A stretch of DNA of 50,805 bases from a virus (Duplodnaviria > Caudoviricetes), in IMG/VR virus record IMGVR_UViG_3300007775_000003, positions 1 through 50,805 of that record; one strand, written 5' to 3'. Below, piece after piece: positions 34,845 through 43,275 of this stretch (its first letter is position 1; every line of letters starts with the position of its first letter). The notes beneath the pieces are model-generated. The model saw only the letters and a list, made by a program, of their open reading frames with translations. It was not told the origin of the DNA and ran no database searches. The translations under genes and the position numbers were made by a program.

Positions 34845-35061
34845 CCACCTACCTAATCCCCGCCCGCACCCGCCGCATCCCCGGCGACTCGCACGCCTGC
34901 CACATCGAGCAGGATGGCGCTGCGCTGTGTGGGGCGGTGCTAGGCGAGCCGTACCGGGAAAGTCAGTTCAGTTCAGTTATGCTTACAACGTCTGCAAGGC
35001 CTGTGAGCGTGCGCAGGCGTCGCCACAAATGGCGCTATTGACGGAGGCAACCACATGCTAG
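34841..35061 (+). pseudogene. Zn-finger gene frameshifted by (CAGTT)x3
   Basis: Removing one repeat unit gives a 71-aa ORF ending CKACERAQASPQMALLTEATTC, paralogous to 35055-35336. Confidence 0.7.
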
Positions 35062-35336
35062 TCCTAATCGCATCGCAAGAGCACGGGATGCTTGCCCACG
35101 ACGACGGCATCACACAGGCCGACATCGACCGGCTGCGCTGGCTGATTCCCGACGCCGCCGACAACGCCGCCAGCCGCTTCTCGGCGCACATCAACGACAA
35201 CGGGCGACCACGGTGTGGCGCTGTGTTGCCTTACCCGTACCTGGCTAGCAGGTGGCGCGCCGGGTGGTATCCATGCCCAGCGTGCGAGGATGCCGACGAA
35301 AGCCCGCAGATGGTGTTGATTGCGGAGGCCACATGA
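35055..35336 (+). CDS. Small Zn-finger protein (H..C..CxxC)
   Basis: HINDNGRPRCGAVL...CPAC; GGAGG RBS. Confidence 0.65.
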   Translation: MLVLIASQEHGMLAHDDGITQADIDRLRWLIPDAADNAASRFSAHINDNGRPRCGAVLPYPYLASRWRAGWYPCPACEDADESPQMVLIAEAT

Positions 35337-35989
35337 CGATGATTCAGCAAGCACAACTGTTTGAGACTAGCAACCATATACCCAACCGCAACCGGGAATG
35401 GTTCTTGTCGGTTGGGTATGACCAGGACGAAATCTTGCGCTCGATTTCCATCCTGCACAATGCCGGCAATCCGTTTGAGTGCGACCCGACCTATAGCAAG
35501 GGCGTGTTCTACCGTAACTTTCCTGAGCCACGGTTGAAGTTTGATTTGGTGCCGCAATTGCCAGAGGTTCGCCAGGCGGATTGTCGGGCGCTACCGTTGG
35601 CTGGTGCTTCGGTGCAAAGCATTATGTTTGACCCGCCGTTCGTGATGAGCGGAGATACCCACAAAGAGATTAAGACCGGGAAAATAATGGATCGCTTTAG
35701 CTGCTTTCAGAACTACAAAGAGCTAACGGCGCTATACTATCCGGCCATTTTTGAGATGTATCGTATCTTAAAGCCGGGTGGATTATTGGTCTTTAAGTGT
35801 CAAGATAGCGTTTCATCTGGACAGCAATATATGACCCATATTGACACAACCACATGGGCGCAGGAGGCCGGATTTTATGCTAAGGATTTATTTATTCTTA
35901 TCAACTCAAATTTGCTCATGGGGCCATTCTGGAAGAACCAACAGCACGCCCGCAAAGCGCACAGTTATTTCCTGGTATTCCGCAAATGA
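35333..35989 (+). CDS. DNA amino-methyltransferase-like protein
   Basis: DPTYSKGVFY, MFDPPF, RILKPGGLLVFK, HSYFLVF. Confidence 0.8.
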   Translation: MTMIQQAQLFETSNHIPNRNREWFLSVGYDQDEILRSISILHNAGNPFECDPTYSKGVFYRNFPEPRLKFDLVPQLPEVRQADCRALPLAGASVQSIMFDPPFVMSGDTHKEIKTGKIMDRFSCFQNYKELTALYYPAIFEMYRILKPGGLLVFKCQDSVSSGQQYMTHIDTTTWAQEAGFYAKDLFILINSNLLMGPFWKNQQHARKAHSYFLVFRK

Positions 35990-36078
35990 ACCACATCGAC
36001 CCAACGCTATTCGTTGCGTTCCTGGTTGCGCTGGCCCTCGTGCTGGCGGTGCCGGTTGGGAGGGGGCCGTGGATGTGA
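35986..36078 (+). CDS. Small TM peptide
   Basis: MNHIDPTLFVAFLVALALVLAVPVGRGPWM; ATGA overlap. Confidence 0.4.
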   Translation: MNHIDPTLFVAFLVALALVLAVPVGRGPWM

Positions 36079-36179
36079 TTACCGCTACCGTCCTGCTGTG
36101 GACGTTGGGCGTCCTGGTGTGGGCGCTGGCTGAGTATGTAGAGGGGTTGCCGAAACGAGCGAAATTCAAGAAAAAATGA
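36075..36179 (+). CDS. Small TM peptide
   Basis: GGAGG RBS, GTG start; ITATVLLWTLGVLVWALAEY...KKK. Confidence 0.4.
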   Translation: MITATVLLWTLGVLVWALAEYVEGLPKRAKFKKK

Positions 36180-36186
36180 GGAGCAT

Positions 36187-38328
36187 ATGAGACCAGGAAT
36201 CAATGAAAACCTAGTTAGCAAACGGTACGCGCAGGGCGATGAAAAAACATGGGCGGATATTTGCCGACGTGTTGCCCATCATGCCGGGGCAAACAGCGGA
36301 CGTGAGCAGGAGTATTTTGACGCCATCAACAGTGGGTTATTTTTCCCGTCCCGTATGACCTACATGGGAACAGACTACCCATTTGCGTCATCATGTTTTG
36401 TGTTTCCGGTTGAGGATAGTTTGGCCGGCATTATGAAAACATTGTCGGACGCCTGCCAGGTGCAAAAATATGGCGGCGGAACTGGCTATAATTTTAGCCA
36501 TTTGCGGCCCAAAGGCGACCTCATCAACACGTCCAAAGGCGAGGCATCCGGCCCGGTTTCGTTTATGAAGCTATTCCATAACGCGATGGAGGTCGTCCAT
36601 CGAGCGGGGAAAAAACACGCCGCGCAGATGGGGATTTTGAATTGTGACCATCCCGATATTTTCGAGTTCATCCACTGCAAGGATGTTGAGGGGGCGCTGT
36701 GGACGTTCAACATTTCGGTTGGGATCAGCGACGCATTTTTTGCCGCGGTCGATAAAAACGATGAGTGGGAACTCCGTTTTGGTGGCCGCGTCTACCGCAC
36801 TATCCAGGCGCGGGATCTGTGGAAGGCCATCGTCCAACACGCCTGGGGCAATGGTGACCCCGGCGTTATCTTTTTGGATACCGTCAACCGGCACAACCGT
36901 TACCCTGAGAAAATCGAAGCATCCAATCCATGCGGTGAGCAAATGTTGCCGCCATACGTTTCGTGCAACCTCGGCAGCATCGACCTGTCCTGCTTTGTGG
37001 CCGATGGGCAAATTGATTGGGACGCGCTAGAAGCCACCACGCGCACCGGCGTCCGTTTTTTGGACGATTCAATCAGCCAAGCATTTTGGCCGGTTGCGGA
37101 AGTGGCAGCCAAAACGCAGCGTTACAAAAACATTGGGCTGGGCGTGATGGGCTGGGCCGATATGCTGATTTTGCTCGGTATCCAATACGATTCTGACGAA
37201 GCCGTGCATTTGGCTGACACAGTTATGCAGTGCATCAACGACGCCGCCGACAGAGAATCAATCGCCATCGGAAACGGTACGCGCAAAAACACCACCGTTA
37301 CCAGCATTGCCCCGACCGGCTCCATTTCCATGCTGGCCGGTTGTTCATCTGGCATCGAGCCGGTGTTTGGCATTGTCACTACCAAAAACACCTACGTTGG
37401 CAGTCAGACCAACGCTCATTGGATTTTTGAGCAAATCGCTCGCGAGCGTGGATTTTATAGTGACGCCATTCTGGCCGAAATCGCCCGAACTGGCAGCGTG
37501 CAACAGGCGGATGGCGTGCCCGATGACGTGAAGACGCTATTCAAGACCGCCAACGAGATCGGCTGGCAGTGGCACGTCAAACACCAGGCCGCATTTCAGG
37601 TCCACACCGACAACGCAGTGTCGAAAACTATCAACCTTGCCAACAGCGCCACGGTGCAGGATGTGGCCGCGGCCTACCGTATGGCGTTTGAGACTGGCTG
37701 CAAATCTACCACTGTCTACCGCGATGGCTCGCGCCAGGTGCAGGTACTCGATTCCAAAACGACAACCCGCGAGATATGCCCGAACTGCAACGCCATTTTG
37801 TTTATGAGCGATGGCGAGAAAGTTTGTGTTAGCTGTGGCTACAAGCCTAGCGCTCCCACAGCCCCCACCAAACGCCCGCGCCCATCTCGGCTTCGCGGCA
37901 CCACCTATCGCAAAGAGACGCCGTTGGGCCGTGCCTACATTACCGTCAACAGCGACGACCACGGCGAACCGTTAGAGGTCTTCTTGAACGTGGGCAAGGC
38001 CGGCAGCGAGACCAGCGCCGTCAGCGAGGCTATCGGGCGGCTCATCAGCCTGACGTTGCGGATGCCGGCAGTGGTTGCCCCGGGGGAGCGTCTACGCTGG
38101 ATTGTGGACGAACTGGCCGGTATCGGTGGCGGGCGTCCACTGGGCTTTGGCCCTAGCCGCGTGCGCAGCCTGCCCGATGGCATTGCGCAGGTGTTAACCG
38201 AACACATGGGCGGGGAGCCAACGCAAGCCGCGCCGCTGGGTGACATTTGCCCCGACTGCGGCGAGGCGACTTTACTCAACGTCGAAGGGTGTCGCAAGTG
38301 CGCGGCGTGTGGATATAGCGAGTGCTAG
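36187..38328 (+). CDS. nrdJ: Class II (adenosylcobalamin-dependent) ribonucleotide reductase with TSCPD domain
   Basis: SSCFV, GGGTG, NPCGEQ, CNLGSI, IAPTGSIS, VSKTIN; TSCPD-like SLPDGIA; C-terminal EGCxxCxxCGYSxC; no beta subunit gene seen. Confidence 0.92.
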   Translation: MRPGINENLVSKRYAQGDEKTWADICRRVAHHAGANSGREQEYFDAINSGLFFPSRMTYMGTDYPFASSCFVFPVEDSLAGIMKTLSDACQVQKYGGGTGYNFSHLRPKGDLINTSKGEASGPVSFMKLFHNAMEVVHRAGKKHAAQMGILNCDHPDIFEFIHCKDVEGALWTFNISVGISDAFFAAVDKNDEWELRFGGRVYRTIQARDLWKAIVQHAWGNGDPGVIFLDTVNRHNRYPEKIEASNPCGEQMLPPYVSCNLGSIDLSCFVADGQIDWDALEATTRTGVRFLDDSISQAFWPVAEVAAKTQRYKNIGLGVMGWADMLILLGIQYDSDEAVHLADTVMQCINDAADRESIAIGNGTRKNTTVTSIAPTGSISMLAGCSSGIEPVFGIVTTKNTYVGSQTNAHWIFEQIARERGFYSDAILAEIARTGSVQQADGVPDDVKTLFKTANEIGWQWHVKHQAAFQVHTDNAVSKTINLANSATVQDVAAAYRMAFETGCKSTTVYRDGSRQVQVLDSKTTTREICPNCNAILFMSDGEKVCVSCGYKPSAPTAPTKRPRPSRLRGTTYRKETPLGRAYITVNSDDHGEPLEVFLNVGKAGSETSAVSEAIGRLISLTLRMPAVVAPGERLRWIVDELAGIGGGRPLGFGPSRVRSLPDGIAQVLTEHMGGEPTQAAPLGDICPDCGEATLLNVEGCRKCAACGYSEC

Positions 38329-38332
38329 CAAC

Positions 38333-38566
38333 ATGCGCAGACACGGTGCGAAAAATGGCGGACAGGACATTAACGAAATAATGTTCTATCCGCCGAACAT
38401 TGTCTACATCCACGTGCGCGACCGCGTCCCAACGCACAATCGCCCCGTGAACGTGGTGCTGCCAGGTGGCCAGCGCGCCATCGCATACCGCAGCCAGGTC
38501 AACCACGTTTGGCTGCTACACGACAGATCGACGGTCGTGTGGCCGGTGTGGTGGTATGAGGACTAG
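38333..38566 (+). CDS. Hypothetical protein
   Basis: ORF after nrdJ; start uncertain. Confidence 0.45.
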   Translation: MRRHGAKNGGQDINEIMFYPPNIVYIHVRDRVPTHNRPVNVVLPGGQRAIAYRSQVNHVWLLHDRSTVVWPVWWYED

Positions 38567-38570
38567 GGGG

Positions 38571-38765
38571 CTAGGCGGTGGGCGCGCGGTGGTGTGCATC
38601 CGGTTGCTCGGTGCATCGTTGATCCTTTATAGCCATATGAACAATTTGAGCATTAAACGAGCGGTGATTTCGTTTCGCCTGTTCGTTCAGCCACTCATAG
38701 ATGCTTTCTGGAATCCGAACAGTTGTCGCCTTTAGTTTTTCGTCTGATACAACTTTTGCGGTCAT
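38571..38765 (-). CDS. Arc-family RHH repressor
   Basis: TTVRIPESIYEWL...AKRNHRSFNAQIV; AGGAGA RBS. Confidence 0.85.
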   Translation of the reverse strand: MTAKVVSDEKLKATTVRIPESIYEWLNEQAKRNHRSFNAQIVHMAIKDQRCTEQPDAHHRAPTA

Positions 38766-38810
38766 GTTTTCTCCTGCGTTGATTTTGTAAGCAAATTCTA
38801 TGTGATTGCA

Positions 38811-38883
38811 TATTGACATCTATCTAACTATGTGCTATCATATCGATGTCAATACAATACCACATCGCAAAGAAGTTTGTCAA
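38811..38883. promoter_or_regulatory. Face-to-face promoters with a 10-bp inverted repeat
   Basis: Plus TTGACA-17-TATCAT (38813-38841); minus TTGACA-18-TATTGT (38883-38854); TATTGACATC...GATGTCAATA. Confidence 0.7.
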
Positions 38884-39086
38884 GTACGAGTTTTGAAAAA
38901 GCAACGCCCCGGCGCAACCGTCAAGCCCGCCGGGCCATCAAAGGGAGGTGATGCAGTCTCAACTAAAACGACAAGCGACCTCGGCAAAGGTCGCTCATTG
39001 GCACAGCAAATTATTTTTCAACTGTAGTCTACCACAATCAAACATGATTGTGTGTATGAATTTCGTATCAAATAGGAGCTTTCACA

Positions 39087-39782
39087 ATGACAATCTCTAA
39101 TGACCCGTTGGCCGCCGCGGTTGAATCTGCCGAGCGTGGTAGTTTCTTCTACGGACAAATTCAGGTGCAAGGCTCGTTTGTGAAGTTGCAGAAGGGCATT
39201 GGCAAATCCGCATGGATCGAAGGCCAAGACGACCTCAAAGATCGTCGCACTGAGATCACCTTTACGATCAACCCGCTTGATCAAACTGGATTCACGCAGT
39301 TGATTACCCGCTCCATGCTGGCCGAATCCGCCGAGTTTAGCAAAATCGTGTGGCCGTCGTTGCGGGATGCGTGCAGCGTGGCAAACCTGCCCGACATTGA
39401 TGGTAAGTTTGTCAAAACTGAATCCGTCAAATCTGGCCGCACTTGGAACGACCGGAAAACCGGCGAGCCACGCGAAGGCACTACCCTTAAATTTCATTCC
39501 ATCTATGACACTGAAGCGTTTTGTGTGGCTGGCTACGAAGCCGATGGCTATACGTCAAAGACGACCACAACCGAGGCTGACCCCGCTGGTGACATCGATA
39601 TGACACCCAACGCCGACAACCCTGAGCGCGAAGCCGCCAAGCAATTTTTGGTTGCGCTGGTCAAACAAGCCAATGGCAACAAAGATGCGCTTGGCACCAT
39701 GTTGGCGACCATGCCGATGATTACGAAGTATTTCTCGGTTGACGGCCCCGAAGTGGCGGAACTGATGAAGGTGGCCGCATGA
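39087..39782 (+). CDS. Hypothetical replication/recombination protein (possible SSB)
   Basis: First gene of the replication operon; beta-rich core with acidic linker; AGGAG RBS. Confidence 0.5.
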   Translation: MTISNDPLAAAVESAERGSFFYGQIQVQGSFVKLQKGIGKSAWIEGQDDLKDRRTEITFTINPLDQTGFTQLITRSMLAESAEFSKIVWPSLRDACSVANLPDIDGKFVKTESVKSGRTWNDRKTGEPREGTTLKFHSIYDTEAFCVAGYEADGYTSKTTTTEADPAGDIDMTPNADNPEREAAKQFLVALVKQANGNKDALGTMLATMPMITKYFSVDGPEVAELMKVAA

Positions 39783-39988
39783 CAATCAAACAGATGACCC
39801 CACTTACAGCGGAAACTATCTTTTTTGATTTTACTAAAATCAAAAAACTGCCAGACGATGAAGATGACCGATTCCTTACCGTTTTGGCCCGTCATCCTGA
39901 TATGCACTGTCTGCGCTTGAGTTTATGTTTTTCCGCCATGCTTGTCGACAACGAAGCCGCCGACACGTTGCGCTTTGATTTTGAGTAA
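39779..39988 (+). CDS. Hypothetical protein
   Basis: ATGA-coupled. Confidence 0.5.
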   Translation: MTIKQMTPLTAETIFFDFTKIKKLPDDEDDRFLTVLARHPDMHCLRLSLCFSAMLVDNEAADTLRFDFE

Positions 39989-40039
39989 ATAATACAACCC
40001 GGCTGGGTGACTGGCCGGGTTGTGTCAATTGGAGGCGTG

Positions 40040-40783
40040 ATGATTAGGGCGATACTCGTTGACTCAAGAGAACCGACCTGGGTACAAAATTTACAGTTCG
40101 GTGGCGCTATGAAGCTAGTCACAGCACTAGACCACGGCGATGCGCTGATTACCACAGCAGCGGGCGATCTGGTCTGTGTGGAGCGCAAGACACCGACCGA
40201 CTTACTCGGCAGTATCAAAGATGGCCGTGTGTTTGCACAAGCCGCCGGGATGCGGGTACTAACACGATTTGCTTACCTAGTCGTGACTGGCATCCTAACC
40301 GACACAATGGCCGGGCTGGTGGTTGCAGACGACCGCCCGACCGGCTGGAAGTGGGCCAGCGTGCAAGGCGCGTTGTTGGAGGTGCAGGAGCTTGGTGTGC
40401 AGATTATCACATGCCGGAATGATGGCGAGTACGAAGGCACACTTTGCAGTTTGGCTAGCCGGGAGCGGAACCGTGAAAAAGTTCTTAAGCCGACAACACA
40501 CCCGCGCATCATGTCGCCCGGCGAGGTGTTGCTTTGCAGCTTGCCAGGCATCGGTTTTGAGCGTGCGCAGATTCTGCTGCGCGAATTTGAAAATCAACCC
40601 GCCGCGGCTTTGGCTTGGCTTACCTGGCATCGCTGGCCGATGGAGCAGCCAATCGCCGGAATTAGCACAGGCACAAAGACAAAAGTCCGCGAGGCGCTTG
40701 GTCTCGCGGATTGGGCAGTTATCGACGTTGTGAAAGACGAAGCATACAAGGAGCCGACAAATGGGCAAACCGATGAATCCTGA
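40040..40783 (+). CDS. ERCC4/XPF-family nuclease with HhH
   Basis: VDSRE, GD, [17 protein letters not shown], LPGIG. Confidence 0.85.
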   Translation: MIRAILVDSREPTWVQNLQFGGAMKLVTALDHGDALITTAAGDLVCVERKTPTDLLGSIKDGRVFAQAAGMRVLTRFAYLVVTGILTDTMAGLVVADDRPTGWKWASVQGALLEVQELGVQIITCRNDGEYEGTLCSLASRERNREKVLKPTTHPRIMSPGEVLLCSLPGIGFERAQILLREFENQPAAALAWLTWHRWPMEQPIAGISTGTKTKVREALGLADWAVIDVVKDEAYKEPTNGQTDES

Positions 40784-41306
40784 AAAGTTCTGGTCTAAAG
40801 TTGATAAATCAAATAGTTGTTGGCTATGGACTGGAGCAGTAGGAAAATCGGGTTACGGAGTCGTTGGGTATCAATATAAGAACTGGCTCGCGCATCGACT
40901 TGCGTGGTTTTTTGCTACGGAAAACATCCCTACTGATTTGTTTGTATGCCATGAATGCGACAACAAATTGTGTGTCAATCCAGATCATCTTTGGTTGGGC
41001 ACCCCTCAAGATAATAGTCGGGATATGGTAAACAAAGGACGGAGCGCCAAAGGTGAAATCAGTAGTGCTCGTTTACACCCTGAAAGTTTACTGAGGGGCG
41101 ATCATCATTGGTCTATCAGGCACCCTGAATGGACACGCAAAGGTACACAGCATCATAAGGCAAAGCTAACCGAAGCAACAGTCATTATGATCCGTCAACG
41201 TGTGAAATCTGGTGAAATCGTAAAATCAGTTGCACAAGAACTGAATTTACATATTTCATCAATTTACTTGATTGTCAATCGAAAAACCTGGACACATATA
41301 AAGTGA
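40761..41306 (+). CDS. HNH homing endonuclease
   Basis: [32 protein letters not shown]-terminal HTH; AT-rich. Confidence 0.9.
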   Translation: MGKPMNPEKFWSKVDKSNSCWLWTGAVGKSGYGVVGYQYKNWLAHRLAWFFATENIPTDLFVCHECDNKLCVNPDHLWLGTPQDNSRDMVNKGRSAKGEISSARLHPESLLRGDHHWSIRHPEWTRKGTQHHKAKLTEATVIMIRQRVKSGEIVKSVAQELNLHISSIYLIVNRKTWTHIK

Positions 41307-42106
41307 GGATGACAGAGATGAGTACAGAAATTACACGACAACAGAGGTTAACACCAGATGTATGGGCAACAATCGAAAAGGTTGCTCCTACCATGCAAAA
41401 ATCACGCTTGTTTGGTGTTGCAACACAAGAACAAGCAGCGGCCATCATGCTAAAGGGCTACGAATTAGGATTGGGAATGGCTGCATCGTTTGAGTTCATC
41501 AACATTATCAGCGACAAGCCAGCGCTAACGCCGCGTGGAGCACTGGCTCTAATCATACAGTCGGGAGAATGTGAGGGGTTGAAAATTGACGACCAAACCG
41601 ACAAAGCAGGCGTCCCTACAGCCTGCTCAGTAACAATGAGACGGCGCGGCGGTATTGAGTATACGGCCACTTTTACCATGAAAGACGCCGAACGCGCCGA
41701 CTTGGTCAAAGCAGGTGGCGGTTGGGCTAAATACCCATCGAACATGATGAGATGGCGCGCAGTAGGATTTTGCGCCGATGTAGTATTCCCTGACATTACT
41801 GGCGGCATGAAACGCTCAGATGAATTTGGCGCAGACATCACACCAGAGGGCGATGTAATCGAGGGTCAATGGACGGTTGCGCCGATGGCATCGAACGGCA
41901 GCGCTAAGACGGCCACCCCGCCCGCCGATACGCCCGCCGTCATGCTCAACACCCTGATCAATCGCCACGGTGCCGACGCCGTGCTGGCAGCGTGTGGCAA
42001 TGTATTGCCTGACACTGTGGAGGGTATCGCGGCGCTGACTGAAAAACTCAAGATTGAAATCCTGCCATCATTGGATAATGTCGAGGAGGTCAACCCCAAC
42101 CCATGA
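41303..42106 (+). CDS. RecT-like ssDNA annealing protein
   Basis: [22 protein letters not shown], WAKYPxxMMxWRA, FPD; start may be 41309 or 41318. Confidence 0.75.
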   Translation: MRMTEMSTEITRQQRLTPDVWATIEKVAPTMQKSRLFGVATQEQAAAIMLKGYELGLGMAASFEFINIISDKPALTPRGALALIIQSGECEGLKIDDQTDKAGVPTACSVTMRRRGGIEYTATFTMKDAERADLVKAGGGWAKYPSNMMRWRAVGFCADVVFPDITGGMKRSDEFGADITPEGDVIEGQWTVAPMASNGSAKTATPPADTPAVMLNTLINRHGADAVLAACGNVLPDTVEGIAALTEKLKIEILPSLDNVEEVNPNP

Positions 42107-42696
42107 GTGAGATAAAATTGTTTGAAGTGCGCTACATCGGGCGGGCTAAAACCAGGCCCGATGGCTCACAGACGGCACTCGGCTGGTGCGGCAAATCGTG
42201 GTCCGTGGTCTTCCCAAAGCCGGTGCTGTATGACTGGTTCGGTGTGACCACACGGCCAGGCGAGGCCGGCAGCTTATACAACGTGTTAGGTGTCCCGGCA
42301 ACGGCCACAATGGACGATGTGAAGACCGCCTACCGCCGCATGGCGAAACAATGGCATCCTGACCGGTGCAAAGAGCCAGACGCCAAGCGGCAGTTTATCG
42401 CCATCCAGCGGGCTTATGAGGTGTTGGGCGGCAAGCGCCGCGCCAAGTACGATGCAGGGCTGGCATTGCAAGCTAGTTTGACCAGCACACGAGCCGCCCA
42501 GGTGGCCGAAAATGATTACGGTTATCGCTCGCCGCTGCGCTGTGGAAACATCCTGGTGCAAGGACAGCGCGACCGTGGCCGGTTTATTGTCGAGAAAATT
42601 CTGCAATGGGGCGATATTTTCAATAACCGCGGCCAAACATTGGTCGCCAGTTGGACATACGGACAGGACGCACCAACGGAGGAATGGACAACATGA
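42103..42696 (+). CDS. J-domain (DnaJ) protein
   Basis: YNVLGV...VKTAYRRMAKQWHPD...AYEVL. Confidence 0.9.
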   Translation: MSEIKLFEVRYIGRAKTRPDGSQTALGWCGKSWSVVFPKPVLYDWFGVTTRPGEAGSLYNVLGVPATATMDDVKTAYRRMAKQWHPDRCKEPDAKRQFIAIQRAYEVLGGKRRAKYDAGLALQASLTSTRAAQVAENDYGYRSPLRCGNILVQGQRDRGRFIVEKILQWGDIFNNRGQTLVASWTYGQDAPTEEWTT

Positions 42697-43268
42697 GGCA
42701 CACCCTAACACAGTATGCGGAGCCGGTCGCCGGAAGCTTGGCGGACGTGGCCCGCAACGCTCACACAAGCCTAGCGGAATCATTCATCAATGCGGATGCG
42801 ATCTGCATTGTGGACGTATCCGGCAGCATGGACGCCCGCGACGGACGCGACAATATGACCCGCTATGAAGTGGCTTGTGACGAACTGGCCGCGCTACAGC
42901 AGACCCTACCGGGCAAGATTGCGGTCTTAGCATTCAGTAATCAAACGGTCTTTTGCCCCAACGGCGTGCCCCTCAACATGGGTGGAAGCACCGACCTAGC
43001 CGGGGCGCTCACCTTCGCCAAAGTAGCCGACGTTCCCGACATGCGATTCATCGTCATCAGTGACGGTGAGCCAGACGACCAAAGCGCCGCCCTTCGTGTA
43101 GCCAAGAGATACACCCAGCGGATTGACGTGATTTATGTCGGCTCGGAGGTCTCGCCACGCGGGCGCGACTTTTTAACACAACTGGCAAAAGCCAGCGGCG
43201 GGCAGGCGGTGACGGCGGATCGGGTGACGGCGTTGAGCGATAAAGTGCAATTACTCCTAGCGGCATAG
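42693..43268 (+). CDS. von Willebrand factor A domain protein
   Basis: MIDAS DVSGSM, GSTDL, ISDGEP. Confidence 0.9.
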   Translation: MRHTLTQYAEPVAGSLADVARNAHTSLAESFINADAICIVDVSGSMDARDGRDNMTRYEVACDELAALQQTLPGKIAVLAFSNQTVFCPNGVPLNMGGSTDLAGALTFAKVADVPDMRFIVISDGEPDDQSAALRVAKRYTQRIDVIYVGSEVSPRGRDFLTQLAKASGGQAVTADRVTALSDKVQLLLAA

Positions 43269-43275
43269 GTGGATC

